From a virus (lineage: Duplodnaviria; Caudoviricetes): a DNA stretch of 39,236 nt. This document shows, piece after piece, positions 25,088 through 34,502 of the stretch. Under the pieces are notes generated by a model that was not told the DNA's origin, did not search any database, and saw only the letters and a list, made by a program, of their open reading frames with translations. The stretch covers positions 1-39,236 of the IMG/VR virus record IMGVR_UViG_3300014167_000006; one strand, written 5' to 3'. The position numbers and the translations under genes were made by a program. The stretch's first letter is position 1, and the number at the start of each line of letters is the position of its first letter.

Positions 25088-25347
25088 GAGTGGTTAATCC
25101 ATCACATGATGACCCTACTATAGTTGAGCTCAATTTTATGTGGTTGCCTACATTCATTGGGCAGAATCCAGTAGTGCTCAAAGATCTTCGTAAAGAATTA
25201 GAAGGAAAGTTCGTAAAAAAACAGATCACAGAAGAAACACTATGGGCTATGCATCATACGATCATTAGATGGCTGGAGGCTAAGTTCCCTTTTGATGGAA
25301 TAGGGAAGTACCTGCATGCTATTGAAGAGGTAAAGGATGACCAGTAA
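25084..25347 (+). CDS. hypothetical protein
   Basis: GTGA-coupled ORF. Confidence 0.55.
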   Translation: MRVVNPSHDDPTIVELNFMWLPTFIGQNPVVLKDLRKELEGKFVKKQITEETLWAMHHTIIRWLEAKFPFDGIGKYLHAIEEVKDDQ

Positions 25348-25525
25348 GGGAGTAACTGTACGCTCAAGACTCAATCTGAAGATTGATAATGATCTAAAGG
25401 ATTGGGCCAAGGAATACGCTAGGCAGAAGAACACTACGGTGACAAGTATCATCTGTGCATATTTTGCTGAGCTTCGACTAGTAGAACAAAGAGAGGCCAG
25501 TGGCGAGCTGGTAGATCAAATATGA
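25337..25525 (+). CDS. ribbon-helix-helix DNA-binding protein
   Basis: RLNLKIDNDLKDWAKEYARQKNTTVTSII. Confidence 0.7.
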   Translation: MTSKGVTVRSRLNLKIDNDLKDWAKEYARQKNTTVTSIICAYFAELRLVEQREASGELVDQI

Positions 25526-25686
25526 TAATGCTGAAGATAGGTATATGTGCTGCAATTGCTTATATTGCAGTTACCTCATTGTGTAAGCTGATATTTATCA
25601 GAGCACTCAAGTGCAATAAGTGTGGAAAGATCATTCCAGAAGACGAACATCGCGGCCACAGTTACAGGTGTAATCAAAAGGATTAG

Positions 25687-26334
25687 ATGACCGGTTTAGG
25701 TGCAACCCAACTTCTACAACTAGCTACTGCTCAGGTAGAACTACCTAGCACTGTAGATGGGATTGTGGAGAAAGTACGGGAGATCTTAAACAAAGGCGCT
25801 GTACAGTCTATAAGCATCAAAGATGGAGAACCCATTGTTTATCAGAGAATGGTTGCTCCAGGAGAAGAAGGTACTCCTCAAGACCCATTGGAAGAGTGGA
25901 CTTCTGATGTCACTCTCAAGGATATGTACAGAAACATAGAGATGGAAGAGTTTGATCTAAAAGAGCAGGGGCTCATAGGAGCCACTCCACAGACGATCAT
26001 GTTCTGGGCTATCTTCTATGTAGAACACGAAAATCTAGTTCCAACATACCTACTAGTAAGCAAAGATAGTGATTTCTGGCCGTGGATAGGATTGAGTCGA
26101 AGACAAGGTAAAAAGCTAGAAAGGTTCATGGGGCTAAATATTGAAAGAGATGAAGCAATACCATCAAGTTCGGTGGTTGTATTCGGAGCCAACTATCCAG
26201 GTGCAGGAGTTAGCGAAGTCCGATTTGCACTGAAGCTAACAGCGGAGGTATCTAGTGCACAAACTAACAGAAAAGTTATTGGCAGCGGGAGTGATCCCGG
26301 ATCAGACAGTAAGGCTTCTCAAACTGTGGAATAG
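25687..26334 (+). CDS. hypothetical protein
   Basis: 215-aa ORF. Confidence 0.6.
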   Translation: MTGLGATQLLQLATAQVELPSTVDGIVEKVREILNKGAVQSISIKDGEPIVYQRMVAPGEEGTPQDPLEEWTSDVTLKDMYRNIEMEEFDLKEQGLIGATPQTIMFWAIFYVEHENLVPTYLLVSKDSDFWPWIGLSRRQGKKLERFMGLNIERDEAIPSSSVVVFGANYPGAGVSEVRFALKLTAEVSSAQTNRKVIGSGSDPGSDSKASQTVE

Positions 26335-26737
26335 CACATTTGAAGAACTACCAGATGACGTCAAGCAAGCAAAGACTCAGGAAGAATTACTGAAGTTGGT
26401 GGATGAGATGGCTGAGATCATAGAGCAAGAAGAAGAGGTACCAGAGCTCAGAGAGACTGAGTTTGACCTCGGTGCTACATTTACTGATCCACACCACACC
26501 AATATAGAGATCAATGTTGGGGGTAATCAAAAGTTATCCCTGAGTTGTGATCTAGGAAAAACTATTGGAGGAAAGTATGTACATGATGTCGGTGTCATGG
26601 CTGATGCGTTAATTGCCACTCGTGGGAATATAATTACTGACAAGAACATCAGATACATGGTTATGTCAGTAGAGCCTAGATACGTAGCTGAGCGACTCAA
26701 GTATTACGTTCTGACTGTGGAGAAGATGAATGCCTAG
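26255..26737 (+). CDS. hypothetical protein
   Basis: GTG start after GGAGG. Confidence 0.6.
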   Translation: MHKLTEKLLAAGVIPDQTVRLLKLWNSTFEELPDDVKQAKTQEELLKLVDEMAEIIEQEEEVPELRETEFDLGATFTDPHHTNIEINVGGNQKLSLSCDLGKTIGGKYVHDVGVMADALIATRGNIITDKNIRYMVMSVEPRYVAERLKYYVLTVEKMNA

Positions 26738-27065
26738 ATGTCACATTGGTAATCATTCAGTACCTGCCGAAGAACTACGCCGTGTAGGAGAAGCCCTAGC
26801 CTGCAGTGCGTGCCGAAAATTGAAGGGCGTTGAAGGAGAAGAGCCGATGGGTGAGAGTAAGAAATCAGTAGTGTTTCTGAACATTAGTGAGATCGAAAGA
26901 TCTACAGATGGACACACTAGCATCAAAGACCACAAGATCGAAGCTCAGATTGGTTTGGGTAGTCTGAACCTAAAGTGGGACGTTACCTTTGATCAAATCA
27001 GAGATTTCTTTACGAAACGTCGTGAGATAGTAGCAAAGAAGAAGAATCCGTTGACATCAGTCTAG
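26730..27065 (+). CDS. Zn-finger-like hypothetical protein
   Basis: C..H..CSAC. Confidence 0.55.
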   Translation: MPRCHIGNHSVPAEELRRVGEALACSACRKLKGVEGEEPMGESKKSVVFLNISEIERSTDGHTSIKDHKIEAQIGLGSLNLKWDVTFDQIRDFFTKRREIVAKKKNPLTSV

Positions 27066-27074
27066 GAGGGCCCA

Positions 27075-27482
27075 ATGGGCTTCAACATCTGTGGCATCTA
27101 CGAGAAAAGACCAACAATGTGTAGGAACTATCCCCAGCTCCTTGGAGGTGGACAAGTCTCCATTACCCCGCAAGGATGCACATACTGGTTCGATGCCGAA
27201 GGCAGGAGGCACGGATACTGTTATCCGTACTGTCGTGCTGCCTGCTGTCTCGTACCACGAAAGGATGGGGAGCCCAATGGTGAACCTCTGGATGGAGCTG
27301 CTGGAGGTTTACCCTGTAGACATCTCGTCTGGTCAGACACCCACCCAAGTCTCGGAGTGGATACCGCCACTAGAGACGATAGAGAAGAGGCTGGAGAAGG
27401 TACTGGTGTTGTCGAACAAGTCCTTTCCCAGATCCGTAGCGCTAAGACAAGTAGCGACAAAGATCAGAAACTGGGCTCTTAG
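27075..27482 (+). CDS. YkgJ-like Cys-cluster protein
   Basis: CGIYEKRPTMCRNYP; CRAACC; RBS AGGAGG. Confidence 0.65.
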   Translation: MGFNICGIYEKRPTMCRNYPQLLGGGQVSITPQGCTYWFDAEGRRHGYCYPYCRAACCLVPRKDGEPNGEPLDGAAGGLPCRHLVWSDTHPSLGVDTATRDDREEAGEGTGVVEQVLSQIRSAKTSSDKDQKLGS

Positions 27483-27535
27483 ATACGGAAAAGATAGAGC
27501 CGTCAAATTAGCTATAGAGCGTTTTGGAGGAATAG

Positions 27536-28024
27536 GTGAATGACGATGGATCAAGAGGAGAAGAATCTGGCAACGACAGTATCAATTGCGACGTCGGTAG
27601 CTGTGATAGACTCATACACAAGGGTTCTTTTTTCGACGACCCCAATACTGCCAGCGGAATCGCTGTCGATGATGGAGGAGTTGAAGAAGGAAACAGTTCA
27701 GGCTCTTCTGTGGGAGGTGAGATTATTGCGCTTCCTACGAGAAAGACCAGACAAGGCATCTCCAGGTCCTTTGTAGAGTTAGAGCTCTCTGAGCACATCA
27801 AAGACCTGACAGCATTCAAGGGAGCCTACAGTAGAATTCATGCACGGGTACTTGAGGTACAGGATGAGGGAAGGCTGATGAAACTAGTGAACTGGTCAGG
27901 TACTTCTGCCGTCATGGGCTCCCTCGAGTTGTCAATACACGCAATAGAGAGAACAGTGGAAGAACTCAAAGACTTATTGAAGAGACTTGATGCTGGTGCA
28001 ATCATAGATAGTGATAAGGTGTAA
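27536..28024 (+). CDS. hypothetical protein (start uncertain)
   Basis: Helical C-terminal half; overlaps alternative ORF 27540-27776. Confidence 0.45.
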   Translation: MNDDGSRGEESGNDSINCDVGSCDRLIHKGSFFDDPNTASGIAVDDGGVEEGNSSGSSVGGEIIALPTRKTRQGISRSFVELELSEHIKDLTAFKGAYSRIHARVLEVQDEGRLMKLVNWSGTSAVMGSLELSIHAIERTVEELKDLLKRLDAGAIIDSDKV

Positions 28025-28508
28025 CATGACTGAGAGTACTGCCGACAAGCTAGTAGAGATCATTCAAGAGAGTGGTATTGCTACTGTTCTCCGTAAGACT
28101 GAGACATCAGGTTCTCTTCGTCTCTTATGCCGAGTGGGAGATAAGAAGAGATGGTGTGCTATTTTGGAACATGTGCTGTCCAAGAAGACTGGATGGACAG
28201 AACATCTATGTCAGCAGTACTTTATGAAGGACGACACTCTGGTATATGGGTGGAACTTCATATTGAATTCAGAAGATCTTCCTGCAGCTTATGACAATGC
28301 CTACAAGCTTTTCAAGGCTGCAGCTAGTGCTATTCAGGCTGGAGTAAAGAAGAGAGAGAAGCCTCGTAGGGGACAGGTAGACAGTATGCCTCTTCTAGGG
28401 GCCAGTAAGAGAAGAACTATGCAGCTGTCATTTGATCCAAGACTGCCTGGTCCTAGTCATGGTGGGCCAAGTCATAAAGGTGCCTTCACAATATCAGGAG
28501 GTGGTTAG
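28011..28508 (+). CDS. hypothetical protein
   Basis: ORF in a coupled run. Confidence 0.55.
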   Translation: MIRCNMTESTADKLVEIIQESGIATVLRKTETSGSLRLLCRVGDKKRWCAILEHVLSKKTGWTEHLCQQYFMKDDTLVYGWNFILNSEDLPAAYDNAYKLFKAAASAIQAGVKKREKPRRGQVDSMPLLGASKRRTMQLSFDPRLPGPSHGGPSHKGAFTISGGG

Positions 28509-29200
28509 TGGCATTTCACGGACCAGAAGCTAGTGCTTTACTTCGAGAGCGTCTTGGTGATCAAGACTTAGGTAAGTTGAGTGAGAGAGAAGAAGCAGTT
28601 ATCAAGCAACGGATGGCTGCACTGGACAAGCTTTTCAAAGACAAGGTCAGTGCCAAGTACAAACTCGAGGTTCAATTCCACGAGAAGAGGTCTTACAGAG
28701 ACCCATACATGGGAATAATGTGTTTCATGTCCAATGGAGACAAGTTCCATGGTGGTGGGGACAGTAAGGTGTATCTTTGTGATCAGAACAACTGTAGAGG
28801 TATTGTGACTCCTACAGAGCATGCTGTAGTAGACCTCAATGAAGATCCTGAGCAGAACAGAGCACTGAAGGTAGTGTGTCCAAAGTGCAATAAGATATCA
28901 TATGCAAAAGATCTGCTGGGGGAGAGACTACTAAGACTGACTACACAGAACTGGGCAACGGCATTGGTGAACAATTTCAGATATCTTGAGAGTTGTGCAG
29001 ATGTTAGACTGATCTTTCATCACTCAGATCTGCAGAGGCAGACGGCTTTAGAGATGGAGAAAGGTGCTGATGGTGACATCATCAACAAGGCACGAAATAG
29101 TAGAAAGAAAGCAATCTACCCGTGGCGTCATATTTTAATTGACACAGCGCATGGTGCTGATTTACATGGTCGCTTTTTTGCATTTCTGAATGGATCATGA
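28508..29200 (+). CDS. Zn-finger-containing hypothetical protein
   Basis: CDQNNC..CPKC; RBS GGAGG. Confidence 0.6.
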   Translation: MAFHGPEASALLRERLGDQDLGKLSEREEAVIKQRMAALDKLFKDKVSAKYKLEVQFHEKRSYRDPYMGIMCFMSNGDKFHGGGDSKVYLCDQNNCRGIVTPTEHAVVDLNEDPEQNRALKVVCPKCNKISYAKDLLGERLLRLTTQNWATALVNNFRYLESCADVRLIFHHSDLQRQTALEMEKGADGDIINKARNSRKKAIYPWRHILIDTAHGADLHGRFFAFLNGS

Positions 29201-29922
29201 CCTCTAAAGAAAAGATCATCTACGGTTTAGTAGACCCTAATCTGAATAAGATCAGATATGTGGGGAGGTCTAGCAGTGGGCTGTGGCGTCCAAATGCTCA
29301 TAGACATCCAAGTCGGTTAAGCAAAGGTAAAACATACTGTGACAGGTGGATACGAAAGCTATTGGCTGACGGGCAAGACTACTCTGTAGTGGTTCTAGAA
29401 ACAGCAGTAGTTGATCTCAATACTAGAGAGAAGTACTGGGTAGCTTACGGTAAGGAGCAGGGATGGCCACTGACCAATACTACTAATGGTGGTCAAGGTT
29501 GGTCTGGCGGGCACTTCACCAAAGAGCACAGAAGAAAGATTTCTGAGTCTTTGCAGGGACGAAAACTCTCTGTTGAGTGTCTGCAGAAGTTGTCTGCTGT
29601 TCGTAGAGGAAGAAAACTATCTCAACGACACAAAGACAGATTGAGAGGATCACGATTAGGCACGCATCACACTGAGGAGGCCAAACGAAAAATTGGTATT
29701 GGTCAAGCCGGGAAGGTGATGTCCGAGGCTGGCAAGCAGTCATTGCGTGAAAAGCACAGTATGCCAGTTAAGGATCTTACTACAGGAGTGGTGTACAATT
29801 CTCAGAAGGTTGCTGCAAAAGAACTGGGTCTTTGCTACCGTAGTGTCAATCGTGTTCTTTGCGGAGCCATGCACACTACAGGTGGCAGATCATTTGAGTA
29901 TGTTCAGAAGAATGGGAGTTAA
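29197..29922 (+). CDS. GIY-YIG homing endonuclease with NUMOD3/NUMOD1-like DNA-binding repeats
   Basis: IIYGL..RYVG..E..LTN..GG; HRRKISES, HTEEAKRKIG repeats. Confidence 0.85.
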   Translation: MTSKEKIIYGLVDPNLNKIRYVGRSSSGLWRPNAHRHPSRLSKGKTYCDRWIRKLLADGQDYSVVVLETAVVDLNTREKYWVAYGKEQGWPLTNTTNGGQGWSGGHFTKEHRRKISESLQGRKLSVECLQKLSAVRRGRKLSQRHKDRLRGSRLGTHHTEEAKRKIGIGQAGKVMSEAGKQSLREKHSMPVKDLTTGVVYNSQKVAAKELGLCYRSVNRVLCGAMHTTGGRSFEYVQKNGS

Positions 29923-30089
29923 AAATGTCAGCTAACACAAGTACCCCAGTTATTCCTACACCAGTTCAATCTCCTCGTCGTGATCAACCTGATAAGCAGA
30001 CTGTAGAGGAGAAGGCTACCCATGGAAAAATATTTTGATCGATACTGCCCATGGGGCAGATTTGTATGTTAGATTTCTTGCATTCTTGA

Positions 30090-30365
30090 ATGGGAGCTAA
30101 AATGGACACAGCTATTCTTCGTCGTAACGATCCAACTAAAATGACTCCAGCTGAGCTTGCTATTGCTGGAGCAATCAAAGAGGTACAGAAGTTAGGGGTT
30201 GATGTTAAGATCACAGCTGCTGTGCTCACTCTTTCTCGTGGGCAGGCTATGGTATCTAACTACATCGACTTAAAAAATGCTGCTCCTAAGCCTCCTAGAC
30301 CAGTTAGACCTGTTTCTGGGAAGCCGGTGGTAAAACCACCAGTTCCAGTGCCAGCTAAGAAATAA
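30090..30365 (+). CDS. hypothetical protein
   Basis: ORF with Pro/Lys tail. Confidence 0.5.
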   Translation: MGAKMDTAILRRNDPTKMTPAELAIAGAIKEVQKLGVDVKITAAVLTLSRGQAMVSNYIDLKNAAPKPPRPVRPVSGKPVVKPPVPVPAKK

Positions 30366-30369
30366 TACA

Positions 30370-30510
30370 ACCGTGCCGTCGAACCCATTCGCCTACGACC
30401 CTCGTTGCATGTTCCTACTGGCTGGGATTTCAACCCTGCACCTCTCTGACGGGAGCTCTCTGGTTGACCAGGTGGTCTGAGCGACTTCGTTTGTCCACAG
30501 AGGAACAAAA
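30370..30510 (-). ncRNA. putative promoter-driven small RNA
   Basis: Downstream of promoter motif 30513-30520; stem TGTTCCT/AGGAACA; T-arm-like GGG-TTGAAAT-CCC. Confidence 0.4.
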
Positions 30511-30552
30511 CCCTTATACCTTTTTTCTTGCCATTTTTCATTTGAGGAGCCT

Positions 30553-31020
30553 ATGAGTGATCAAACATTTCAGTGTCCTAGGAGAGCAGAGTCTCCACTT
30601 CAACCATCAGGAGAAGATGATTGGGGAAAAGACGACTCCTGTAGTTACTGTGGAAGTTTGAACCCAATCACATTGATGGAACGTCTTGAAATAGGAGATG
30701 TAGAGCTAGGCCCTACTGACAAGAGCTATAAGGTCTATGTCAAGAATCGTGGTGGTGCTCTATTCAAACAGAGTTACAAGAACTGCCCTGACATCAATGA
30801 TTGCTGGAAGGAGTGTAACAATGGAGCCATAGAGTGCTCACATTGGGTTACTAGAGATGTGGTGGGGACCAAATTCTATTTTCAACATCTGTCTCCAGAA
30901 CAGCAGAAGAGATTCATCGAACTACTTAATGCACGGAAGATCAAACTCGGTATGCCTGGACACTTCTATGTGCTGCCATTCTTTATGGGAAAGAAGACAG
31001 AGGAGTTGAGTAATGGCTGA
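30553..31020 (+). CDS. hypothetical protein
   Basis: RBS GAGGAG; CSYCGS; TDKSYKVY; KFYFQH. Confidence 0.65.
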   Translation: MSDQTFQCPRRAESPLQPSGEDDWGKDDSCSYCGSLNPITLMERLEIGDVELGPTDKSYKVYVKNRGGALFKQSYKNCPDINDCWKECNNGAIECSHWVTRDVVGTKFYFQHLSPEQQKRFIELLNARKIKLGMPGHFYVLPFFMGKKTEELSNG

Positions 31021-31363
31021 AATGACATTTGCTGAAAGACTAAAGGAACGAAATGCTCTGGTGCATGAGTTGTCTGTATGGAAGGAACTCGAGGAGCATC
31101 TGTCGAAATTCATGGACACTGATGCCAGTCCAACTAAACTGGGTATCAAGTCTAGTGGCGATTCTATAGTTGTACCACAGCCGATCATTGGTGGAGTACG
31201 GTCTAGACTAGCTGTAAAGATAGCCGAGGTAGAGAAGTTAATTCAACAGATCGATTTGACAAAGGTGGCCGATGAAAAACAAGCAGCTGAGAGACCAAAA
31301 GAAAAAGGACAGAAGAGCACACCGGGTGGAAAAACGGGGAGACCAAAAGGAAACTCCAACTGA
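31013..31363 (+). CDS. hypothetical protein
   Basis: RBS GAGGAG. Confidence 0.55.
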   Translation: MAEMTFAERLKERNALVHELSVWKELEEHLSKFMDTDASPTKLGIKSSGDSIVVPQPIIGGVRSRLAVKIAEVEKLIQQIDLTKVADEKQAAERPKEKGQKSTPGGKTGRPKGNSN

Positions 31364-32096
31364 AGTTAATGCCCGTGGGCTGATAGAGCTCAAACAGGAG
31401 CTAAGCAACTACAAAACACAGATGGATGCAGCTATTGGTCAGCTCTTCCAGAACCAGCAAAATATGAAGGAAGGTCTGGATTCTGCAGAGATCAATCTTC
31501 GTGTCTTCCAGAAGGTCCTCAATGGCATGCAGGAGAAAAATATTCTGTTAGTCCCTGCACCAGAACAACATCCAATGTCAGAAATCTCTGTGCCTGCTGC
31601 TAAGATCAACTGGCCAGAGTACTATAAGTTGGTAGATGCTGAGATGCAGGCTATGGCTGCTGCTGCTCTAGAAGTGGAGAAGCACAGAACTCAAGTCAGA
31701 CTCAAGGTGCTAGTAGAAGACAAGAAACTTGAGTGGCTAAAAGAAAAGATCAATAAGCAGATATCAGAGCAAAAAGCAGAAGCATCTATCTTGGCTCAAC
31801 AGATGCAGAATGCAGAGAGGTTCTTTGAGTCTGCTCAGGTACACATTGATCGGGCACAGAGAGGTGAGCCTTACGACACCAATAGACTCGATCAGTTACT
31901 AAATATGATTACTGCAGCTGATAAGAAGGATGCAGAAAAGACGGGTGCAGTACACCAGGATGAAGCACCAGCAGAGGCTCTAGGACGACTGTCCTATGAA
32001 GACTCTGAACATGAGGGAGATGATGTGGTATTCGGTGGAGACATACCACCACAAGAGGAGTCAAATGCCCAAGCCAATGAAGCCGATGGTAGTTAG
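31272..32096 (+). CDS. coiled-coil hypothetical protein
   Basis: 274-aa helical ORF. Confidence 0.6.
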   Translation: MKNKQLRDQKKKDRRAHRVEKRGDQKETPTEVNARGLIELKQELSNYKTQMDAAIGQLFQNQQNMKEGLDSAEINLRVFQKVLNGMQEKNILLVPAPEQHPMSEISVPAAKINWPEYYKLVDAEMQAMAAAALEVEKHRTQVRLKVLVEDKKLEWLKEKINKQISEQKAEASILAQQMQNAERFFESAQVHIDRAQRGEPYDTNRLDQLLNMITAADKKDAEKTGAVHQDEAPAEALGRLSYEDSEHEGDDVVFGGDIPPQEESNAQANEADGS

Positions 32097-32232
32097 TAGT
32101 GCTGGACATCCAGCGGCCTTTAAGAAGGTTCGATGTCCACACTGCCAGGGTTATGCTCTTTCAGACCCCCACAACGACCGCTTATTCAAGTGCAGTCGTT
32201 GTGGAAGGTCTTTCAAGGTCAGTTCTTTCTAA
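32065..32232 (+). CDS. small Zn-ribbon protein
   Basis: RBS GAGGAG; CPHC..CSRC. Confidence 0.6.
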   Translation: MPKPMKPMVVSSAGHPAAFKKVRCPHCQGYALSDPHNDRLFKCSRCGRSFKVSSF

Positions 32233-32238
32233 CGCATA

Positions 32239-32271
32239 CGGTAATACTCGGCACCGTGCCGAGTATTACCG
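32239..32271. repeat. perfect 16-bp inverted repeat
   Basis: CGGTAATACTCGGCAC-C-GTGCCGAGTATTACCG. Confidence 0.9.
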
Positions 32272-32277
32272 ACTGTG

Positions 32278-32493
32278 TCATAGTTTTGTGATCGAATCCT
32301 GCACTGCTTTGAATGTGCTCTCTGCTTGAGCAAGAAAGCGTTGGAGAGAGTAGCCGAGGTACGCTGCTCCATGTGCAGCCTGACTGAGGCTCACTAATAT
32401 ACCTGTGTGCTCTGCCTGGTGATCAGCCTCTTTATCTTTTTGGATTTCTTCTAGTAGTCCCACAGTGTCTCCTATAGTTCTGGATTTATGCAC
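32278..32493 (-). CDS. hypothetical protein
   Basis: ORF downstream of the ligase. Confidence 0.4.
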   Translation of the reverse strand: MHKSRTIGDTVGLLEEIQKDKEADHQAEHTGILVSLSQAAHGAAYLGYSLQRFLAQAESTFKAVQDSITKL

Positions 32494-33821
32494 TCTTCGA
32501 CTGACTTGTCTTCACGTACACCTTTGTATCGTGGAAGCTGGAGTTTGTTAGAGTCATCTCCACCTTTGATATAGAAACGCTCTTCAAACTCGATCTGAAC
32601 ACACTTGGGCCACTTCCAGGTAAGCATCTCTTCTCTGTTCAGGTCTGTGAGACCAGTGCCTACGTTTCCGCAGTACACTTCATCACCAGCTTCGTTGAGT
32701 TGATACAGAGACAAGGTGCCGACCCTGCCCATGTTCTTTCCTGTGCCCCAAGTTCCTTGAGGTGCCTCTTTGGTTCCTTCGTCTGGAGAGAAGTAGGCAA
32801 TGAAGTCATCCTCTTCAGCCGTCTTCAGTTTGAAGCATGATGGTGGTCGTTCAGGTTTACCTGTGAATCTGTAGCTCTGGCCTCCAATGGTTGCATTCTT
32901 GACATAGACCACGAATCCCTCCCACCCAGTTTCTTGAATCATGGTCAAGGCTTTGGCATAAGGCATTCTCATGACCTGAATACAGCTGAGGAATTTTCCA
33001 GCTGAGTATGGTGCCGATGGATTGATGTGCTCATACTCCATGAACATGTCTGTGAAGGCATTTTCAATGGTGAGCAGACAAGCTTCATTATCGTACTTTG
33101 ACTCTAGGTGTTGTCCGTCTAAGATCGGAACTCTAAATAGATAGAACTTGGCCCAGCCATCTTCAATCTGACGGTTAATGGCTTTGTCATCATCGGCATT
33201 CATGATCTTAGAGACTAGTTTGAAGTCTTTCTTGGAATTGCCTTCTCCCATGTATGCTTCGAAAAGCAGGATACTATTCGGAGGAATCCTCAGTCTCTTT
33301 AGAGCCTCACACAGATGTGGGAACTTGAGTGTGATCATGTCCATTCGTCTGGTGTAGAGATTGATGCTTCCATCCACTCTGACATGAGCAATAACACACA
33401 TGCCGTTGACTTTGCGGGTATAGAGTAGAACACCTGCCTCATCTAGCTTAGCAATCTTACCCTCACTGATTGTATTGTTAGGCTTACTGAATGCCAGGTT
33501 CTTTGGTAAGAAGCCACCATGGTCAATCTCTGCGGCTGATTCACCAAGTAGGGCTTCTCCAAGGCTGTTCAGTTCTACATATCCCTCTTCAAGCTTCTTT
33601 CTGATCTGCCGTTCATACAGAAAGATGGCATTCTCTTCGGCATTGACATAGCCCTTAGTTCCAGCCTTACCTTTGCCATTAGCTATGTCTTTGGTGGTTC
33701 CATGTTCTTTGTGGGAACCGTCTTTGACGATGGCTCCCCAGGCTGTGGTGACTGTTCGTTTATTGATGTCGATGACCCAGTACCGTTCAGATTTACTATT
33801 TCGTTGTCGGAACTCACGCAT
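32472..33821 (-). CDS. ATP-dependent DNA ligase with N-terminal WGR-like domain
   Basis: Motif I RKVNG; YTRR; EGFVV; KLK; OB fold GNVGTG..PRYKGVREDK; RBS AAGGAG. Confidence 0.88.
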   Translation of the reverse strand: MREFRQRNSKSERYWVIDINKRTVTTAWGAIVKDGSHKEHGTTKDIANGKGKAGTKGYVNAEENAIFLYERQIRKKLEEGYVELNSLGEALLGESAAEIDHGGFLPKNLAFSKPNNTISEGKIAKLDEAGVLLYTRKVNGMCVIAHVRVDGSINLYTRRMDMITLKFPHLCEALKRLRIPPNSILLFEAYMGEGNSKKDFKLVSKIMNADDDKAINRQIEDGWAKFYLFRVPILDGQHLESKYDNEACLLTIENAFTDMFMEYEHINPSAPYSAGKFLSCIQVMRMPYAKALTMIQETGWEGFVVYVKNATIGGQSYRFTGKPERPPSCFKLKTAEEDDFIAYFSPDEGTKEAPQGTWGTGKNMGRVGTLSLYQLNEAGDEVYCGNVGTGLTDLNREEMLTWKWPKCVQIEFEERFYIKGGDDSNKLQLPRYKGVREDKSVEECINPEL

Positions 33822-34168
33822 GGTTTCTCCTTCTTGATCAATACTTCGGCATGGTGTCTTATTACTTGAAAAGATCGTGGAAGCTTACCTGGACGAATGG
33901 TGCCCTCCATGTGCTTCGATAGAAGCTCCATCATCTCCATGTAGCGATCTTCTGGTCTTCGTCGCGTTAGAAGATCGTGTACATTTTGCTCGGAGATCTC
34001 TGATGTGGAGATAGAGTGGTAGACATCAGTTACCCTGTATCTGGCGGTCTGCATATGATTATCGAAGTCTCGTATGTAGACTTGTTCTCCTACTCTAGGT
34101 AAGTCTGCATCGGTATCGAAAATAAATTGGTGATGCTTTCCCTCATCTATGAACCACATTAGTTTCAT
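33683..34168 (-). CDS. hypothetical protein
   Basis: ATG 34168 coupled to upstream gene; LPRVGEQV. Confidence 0.55.
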   Translation of the reverse strand: MKLMWFIDEGKHHQFIFDTDADLPRVGEQVYIRDFDNHMQTARYRVTDVYHSISTSEISEQNVHDLLTRRRPEDRYMEMMELLSKHMEGTIRPGKLPRSFQVIRHHAEVLIKKEKPCVSSDNEIVNLNGTGSSTSINEQSPQPGEPSSKTVPTKNMEPPKT

Positions 34169-34365
34169 AGTGTGATCCCCTTGATTTTGCAGCATCGTGG
34201 ACATTGTAGAGAGGTGACAGTACTGCCACGCATGAGGTTGATCCAGGCATTGCTGTCTCCAGTTACCTCGAGTTCTCCTCGTATTGGTTTAGGTTCATGC
34301 ACCACAGTGTCGATCTTGATGAATGTTTCGTGGCCCCATAAGAGGCATATGATTGTTTTGAGCAT
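34165..34365 (-). CDS. small hypothetical protein
   Basis: ICLLWGH..CPRC; RBS AGGAG; promoter motif at 34404-34411. Confidence 0.6.
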   Translation of the reverse strand: MLKTIICLLWGHETFIKIDTVVHEPKPIRGELEVTGDSNAWINLMRGSTVTSLQCPRCCKIKGITL

Positions 34366-34502
34366 GTACTCTCCTGTGTGGTTAATGTGGGAAGATCAAG
34401 TTACTTATACCTTCAGAGGAGCAATAATTGCTGGGCTAAAGGAAAGTCACAGGCACTTTCCGAATTGTATCTCTAGTTGTGATGCAATTTACTATTCTAA
34501 GA

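Noticed and set aside
29197-29922. Group I intron around the GIY-YIG gene
   Set aside because: It is ATGA-coupled to the upstream gene, with no flanking intron core or split host gene seen; appears free-standing
30378-30430. HDV-like/theta ribozyme on the minus strand (GGCGAATGGG, TCCCAGCC)
   Set aside because: Could not build P1, P3 and P1.1 of the nested double pseudoknot
30260-30541. Minus-strand 93-aa ORF
   Set aside because: It starts upstream of and spans the promoter motif, has no RBS, and overlaps a + strand gene
25687-34204. Recurrent 40-140-nt gene overlaps as a sign of a hidden stop codon
   Set aside because: No common codon at the overlap points; consistent with ordinary compact phage gene packing
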